A stretch of DNA of 56,496 nucleotides from Vicugna vicugna (Eukaryota), in the NCBI GenBank assembly GCA_013265495.1, contig MU058441.1:372001-428496 (forward strand), read 5' to 3'. Positions 50,531-56,496 of the stretch are shown here, one piece after another. Under the pieces are notes generated by a model. That model had not been told where the DNA came from and ran no database searches. It saw only the letters and a program-made list of their open reading frames with translations. Within the stretch, counting starts at the first letter, position 1; each line of letters opens with the position of its first letter. A program made the position numbers and the translations under genes.

Positions 50531-50649
50531 GTGAATGTAATTTCATAGTATCCATGTTTTGTACGCATTACAAACAGTGTCAAAGGCCATACCCCAAATT
50601 ATTAGGATCAGTTACCTCTCCAAAATGAAAAAGAATGCAAGAATTTCCC

Positions 50650-51075
50650 TTCTGTTAGGCGTGAATTTTGACAATTAATTGCCATTACCTATATAATTAC
50701 CACTCACTCCCACACTCGCCAAAGGACAGTGAGAAAAGCACTTTTCTCTCCCATATCTTTCTGTCTTTCCAGCCATTCCTCTTAGCTTCTCAGCCAGTGT
50801 CCTCACCTCTCCCCAGCACAGATCTCCCCACTCCAGCCTCTACACTCTTCTCATTTCCTCAACGCGTTGATTAGCTACTCTTTGCAGGGGGAGGGTAAAT
50901 GGTCCCGGGGAGTAAACATAAAAAGAGAGCTCGCTTCTGCCTCTAAGTTGTGTTTATGGTGGTCCCCTTCCAGTTGCTGCCCAGCTACTTGTTGTTTCCA
51001 TCTTTAATGATCGCTCTACAGGAAGCCCTCCAAGACGACAACTGTCTGGCTTTGACTGCAGCTTTACTCTCATCT
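50650..51075. promoter_or_regulatory. Candidate OR enhancer (homeodomain plus EBF-like composite)
   Basis: Non-repeat island containing CAATTAATTG, TAATTA, TGATTAG, gTCCCGGGGAg, GTAAACA and CTTTAATGAtcgCTCTACAGGA. Confidence 0.4.
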
Positions 51076-52396
51076 CCCACATCTTGATATTTACTAGCCA
51101 TAATAAGAACAATCGTACGGTGACATCTCACCTCTGGATGATGCAAGAGTTTCAACACAGCACTCCCACGTGCGCTATTTCATTTGAGCCTCAGGAAGTA
51201 GGCGTGACACATGTTCCCCATGTGACAAATGAAGAAACTAAGGCTCAAGTACACAGCCTGCAAGTGGTAAAACAGGAATGACACTGCAGAATTTCTCAGT
51301 CCCCGTTCAGTGCTTTCTATGTAACAGCTCATTGTTTATACAGTGTTACTTCTTTCGTATTATCATGTCTTCTTGGCTATGTGCCTTCATCTTTTTACTC
51401 AGGTGGTAAAAGTAATAATAATAAATGACAGTACATGAAGACGAGGACTCCATCTTCTCATGTGACTGAAGCTTTGTTCTCAGACTGAAGCACTACCATT
51501 TTTATTATAACTTTAGCTCTTTTATGCCTTGTTGGTTTTACACACACAGCCCATGTGTAATGACCAAATCCTAGAATCGTTCCTATTTCAGTGTCTCCTA
51601 AATTCCCTCCTCCATTCTCACCACTAAACCCACCTCTTCTTTCTTCAAAAAATGGGTTTATTCAAAGGGGGGTTATTATATTTGTGAGAGGAGGGTAATT
51701 ATTTTCTCAGATTTCTATGCTAAAAAGAATCATAAAGAAAATAATATACATAAAGCTGAAGATTTGGTAACTACCATACGATGTGCCCTCCTGACATTAA
51801 AAAACATAAACCCAGAAATTATGCAAAAAACAATTTTCAAACACTGGAAAACAGGTAAGTGCAGGGCTGTGAAGGGAAACCAATGAGATGGCATCTATGA
51901 CTGCCCAGCCTTCCTGCCCAGAGGAAATGTCTAGACTGCAGCACAGGTCGGGCAATCTCAAAAGAGCTCCACTGAATTGAGAAAGCAGAGATCAGAGCTC
52001 AGGGAGGCTCGGGCAGAATCAGGGGGCAGAACACCAGAAAGGAGGGATACACACAGAGAAGGAGCTTGAGAAATTCACACGGGTGGGCTCAACACCAGTC
52101 AGACCAAGGGTGAAGGTCCATGAGGCCAGGCAAATACCTGCCAGAAAGAGAACCGTTCCTCGTGGATTTGTGAGTCTAAAGTTCCCTGGACTCACACAGG
52201 GTGGAAATTCTTCAAGTGCCCATCCGCCCGCGTGGAGACCTCATTCAATTCAATACATGGGGCGTTTAGCAAGGAGCCCAGGCAAGCCTCGGACAGCACT
52301 GGGGCTAAGTGAGCCTTGAGTACAGGCTGCTCTATGTTCTCAAGTAAATTAACCATGTGCCAGAATAAATTCCAACACTCTTTAAAGGGATACAAC

Positions 52397-52790
52397 TGTT
52401 AAAAACAAGACAACAGACCCAAAATGGAGCTGCTTAGTCTAAGGCCCATGTCACCAAGCTGAGACTTCATTATTACAGTTTCGGCTTCCTCAGCAATGGA
52501 ACTGAAGCAGTCAGTCTAGAATCACGTGATCAGCATGACTTGGGTCACCTGCCTGAAAGTCCCGTGCCATCCCCTCAAGGAAAGTAACTTTGCAATAACC
52601 AACCCACTTTTTCACCTAGGATAACTCCCCTGTCCCTGCTCCTTTCTGCCTATATACGTGTTTCATTTTGTACAGCTCCCCGGAGCTCCCTTCTGTCTGG
52701 TAGACTAGTTGTTACCTGATTTGGATAGATTTTTGCCAGAATAAACTGTGAAAAATTAAATATGCATCAGTTCATCTTTGCATATTAACA
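52397..52790 (+). mobile_element. ERV1-type solo LTR inserted into an L1 5' region
   Basis: tgttaa...ttaaca termini, cccaaaatggag, TATA ctatata (52649), AATAAA (52740). L1M-type sequence resumes on both sides. Confidence 0.7.
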
Positions 52791-55650
52791 AAATCAAGCA
52801 TTGAAGGACACAAAAGTCACAATATCTGGCATCCAGTCAAAAATTACTAGCAGTGCAAAGAAGCAAGGAAATGTGATTCACAAGCAGTAGAAAATCCAGT
52901 CAACAGAAACAGACCAGATATATCAGACATGATGCAATTGACAGACAAAGGCTGTAAAACAGCTATTACAAGTAGTATAATAAAATAATACAGACAGAAA
53001 TGAAAGAGATAAAAATAATCAAATGGAAAATCTAGAGATGATAAATACAACAGCTACAATAAAAATAAACTGTGAAAAATTAAATATGCATCAGTTCATC
53101 TTTGCATATTAACAAAATCAAGCATTGAAGGACACAAAAGTCAGAATATCTGGCATCCAATCAAAAATTACCAGCTCTGCACTGGAATTCGACACAACAT
53201 TGTAAAATGATTATTAATCAATACAAAATGTTTAAAAAAAAAAAAAGCATGGTGGGAAGGACAGGAAACCACCGAAATGAAAAAAGAGAACAGGCTTGCA
53301 GACATAGTAAACAGTCTTATAGTTACCGGGGAAAGGGGGTGGGAATGGAAAAATTTGGAAGTGTGAGATTTGCAAATGTTAACCACTATGTATAAAAATA
53401 GATAAAAAACAAGTTTCTTCCACATAGTACAGGGAACTATATTCAGTATCTTGTAATAACCTTTAATAAATAAGAGCATGAAAACAAATATATGTATGTG
53501 TATGCATGACAGGGGACATTGTGCTGTGCACCAGAAACTGACACACTGTAACTGACTATACCTCAATAAAAATAAATACATAAATAAATAAATAAAGTAG
53601 AAAAACAAACAAAAAAACAAAAACAAAAAAAAATAAAATTACTAACAGTGCAAAGAAGCAAGGAAATGTGACTCATAAGCAGAAGAAAATCCAGTCAATA
53701 GAAACAGACCAGATATATCAGAGATGATGCAATTGACAAAGGCTGTAAAACAGCTATTACAAGTAGTATAATAAAATAATACAGACAGAAATGAAAGAGA
53801 TAAAAATAATCAAATGGAAAATCTAGAGATGATAAATACAACAGCTACAATAAACATTTCACTGGATGCAAATAACCGGAGGTGAGAGTGTAGGTCAGTG
53901 AACTTCAAGACGGCAGTTTCAACTGTCCCCAGTGAGGCACAGAGGTAAAAGGTAATCATTTACTGTATGAAAAGTTAAGCTTTCTGGAATATAGTAAATA
54001 TTTTTAAAACTAGGATGGGAAATATATTGGCAATAAATATACAAACATTGTCTGTTTATATAAAAATGTTGCAGGTTGGTAAGAAAAGTCTTAAGATCCC
54101 AAAGATTTGTGCATAAAAAAAAGTACCGATCACTCACTTGGGATGAAATAAAATTAGAAACAAATGTAGCGAATCATGTTCCCCCTCACCAATAATCAAA
54201 TAAATGAGGGGAAAACATCACCAAGGTACGAATTTATGGCTATGAATGTAATTAAAAATTTAAAACACTCCAAACTTCATACCATTTGCCGGGACGTATT
54301 TCAAAAAAGTGAAACAGTTCAATGTGAAAATGGAAATAGACTCATAAGCAGAAGAAAATCCAGTCAATAGAAACAGACCAGATATATCAGAGATGATGCA
54401 ATTGACAAAGGCTGTAAAACAGCTATTACAAGTAGTATAATAAAATAATACAGACAGAAATGAAAGAGATAAAAATAATCAAATGGAAAATCTAGAGATG
54501 ATAAATACAACAGCTACAATAAACATTTCACTGGATGCAAATAACCGGAGGTGAGAGTAGAGTATACACACACATGAAAAGGGATTCAGTCTCACTCATC
54601 CTAAAACAAAAGCAAATGGCCAGAAAGAGAAAGAAAAATGCCGTACAATATCGCCTATACGTGGAATCTTTAAAAAAGGACACAAATGAACTTATCTACA
54701 AAACAGAAACAGACTCACAGACGTAGAGAACAAACTTACAGTTATCGGGGGGAGACGGGCTGTGAAGGGATAAATTGGTCCCATGAACTTCTAATTTGGG
54801 TAGTCAATGAATTTTATGTAACTTACCTTTCTTATATTTACAGCCATTAAACTCCCTACTAAACATTTTCTTTTTTCTTTTTTAACATTTTTTATTGATT
54901 TATAATCATTTATGAATCATGTTCCCCCTCACCAATAATCAAATAAATGCAGGGAAATCCACCAAGGTACAAATTTACGGCTATGAATTTAATTAAAAAT
55001 TTAAAACACTCCAAACCTCATACCATTTGCCAGGACGTATTTCAAAAAAGTGAAACAGTTCAATGTGAAAATGGAAATCATGAAAGCCTTCCCAGCTGAC
55101 TCAAAATCTAGAACCCTTACAAGCAAAGATTGGCAAGACACATAACAAACTGGAGATAAATCTTTGCCCTTCAGATCACAAAGGGCTAATTTCCCTAAGA
55201 TTGAAAGAACTCCTATTAACAAGAAAAAGAGAGAGATTATCCACCCAATGGATACATGGCAAAATACATGCCCAGAAAACGGGACCACAAATGGTTGTTA
55301 CACACACATGAAAAGGGATTCAGTCTCACTCATCCTAAGACAAAAGCAAATGGCCAGAAAGAGAAAGAAAAATGCCATACAATATCACCTGTATGTGCAA
55401 TCTTTAAAAAAGGACACAAATGAACTTATCTACAAAATAGAAACAATTTTCAAATCCCAGACTCTCTCTTCACATTCGCTGCCCCCTTGGCAACCACAAG
55501 TTTGTATGCTATGTCTGTGAGTCTATTTCTGTTTTGTATTTATGCTTTGTTTGTTACCCATGAACTTCTAATTTGGGTAGTCAAGGAATTTTATGTAACT
55601 TATCTTTCTTACATTTACAGCCATTAAACTCCCTATTAAACATTTTCTAT
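52741..55650. repeat. Complex local duplication mosaic with nested L1 3' ends
   Basis: 52741-53063 repeated from 53065. 53670-53888 repeated at 54340-54558. 54171-54337 ~ 54914-55078, 54564-54710 ~ 55298-55445, 54780-54871 ~ 55557-55649. Confidence 0.9.
53176..53634 (+). mobile_element. Composite L1 insertion (young 3' end, ~30-nt spacer, second L1 3' UTR)
   Basis: TSD aaaattac(c/t)a(g/a)c at 53164-53175 and 53635-53646. Empty site aaaattactagc at 52840-52851 in the tandem copy. Confidence 0.8.
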
Positions 55651-56496
55651 TTTCAGTTTATTCATTTGTAAGGTCACAAGTGTATGAACCGTATGAACTA
55701 GATACAGTCACACTGAATCTTCATTCACGAGAGGAAGGGCTTATTTCCCCATTTTCATCATAGTTCCCAAAGTGCTTTGATGGGATGATTTCAGTTCTTC
55801 TTCCAAGAAGATTGGCTAAACTTCCCTTGAAAATTATACCTTCATCAAGTGTCTGATGTTCCATTTAGTCACAAATGAGAAAAATATTTTAACATGGCCG
55901 CCGTTCTTTGTGGAGAGCTTTGTGGGTGGGAGTCAGCATCATTTAAGGAAAAGACATATATTCCTTTGTCCTTCTGTGCCCCGTCCAGAAAGGCAGGGCC
56001 TGTCCAAGCACTTGGAATTGTATCATTTATATCCCATCTCTCCTCTCCTGATAAGAAGGCTGTGTGCAGAGATGCCTAGAACTAAACTACCTGTTCAGCT
56101 TGAGCTAGGATGAAACTTTCTATTTATTTTCCTGTTTCAAGTCAGCTTTCCAGCTTTCCAGTTTTTCTTATAATCTGACTCTTTGTCCAATGAAGAACAA
56201 AACTAAGAAATCAGAACTTGGTTGAAAATGTACACACTAATATTGCATATGTACATTTTTTCTTTCATGGTCAGTGATGACTGGTAACAATATCCACTTT
56301 TTTGTATTTTTATGTAATAAGATTGAAGATGCTTTAATATCTTATTGTATTTGATGTTCCTAACTATTTTTACTTTAAATATTCAAAATTCATCCAGAAA
56401 ATATTTCAGTGTTGTCTTTATGCTTGGGGTTCTGCATAAGAATTCATTTGAAAATGATTTCTACTGCCTTAAAAGTTTAAAACCATTACTTTAGAA

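Noticed and set aside
49728..50555. 275-aa minus-strand ORF
   Set aside because: Lies over a purine-rich L2 relic. The Ser/Leu/Pro/Phe-rich translation is typical of decayed L2, with no gene structure.
52741..55650. Possible CRISPR-like or regular repeat array
   Set aside because: Repeats are 90-320 bp, irregularly ordered and derived from L1/LTR sequence. There is no repeat-spacer periodicity and the context is eukaryotic.

Overview
Mammalian genomic DNA, most likely camelid (it carries a tRNA-Ala-derived vic-1-like SINE). The window holds the last four coding exons of the meiotic gene SPATA22 (+, 1509-7936), followed by the edge of the olfactory receptor (OR) cluster syntenic to human 17p13.3. 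That edge has three OR1E-family genes on + (two intact, one with a single nonsense codon) and a convergent, very GC/CpG-rich intact OR1R1-like gene on -. The rest is mostly L1, L2, MIR, LTR and DNA-transposon relics. No prokaryote-type system (CRISPR etc.) is present. The most interesting observations are: (1) a decayed ~165-codon antisense ORF inside a SPATA22 intron; (2) a homologous promoter, 5' exon and acceptor architecture shared by all three OR1E paralogs; (3) a sharp gene-conversion breakpoint in the third OR1E gene; (4) a candidate homeodomain/EBF OR enhancer at ~50.6-51.1 kb; (5) a probable L1 3' transduction with a paralogous empty site, inside a complex mosaic duplication at 52.7-55.7 kb. 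Repeat family names come from pattern recognition, not a database search. Repeat boundaries are approximate unless target-site duplications (TSDs) are quoted.
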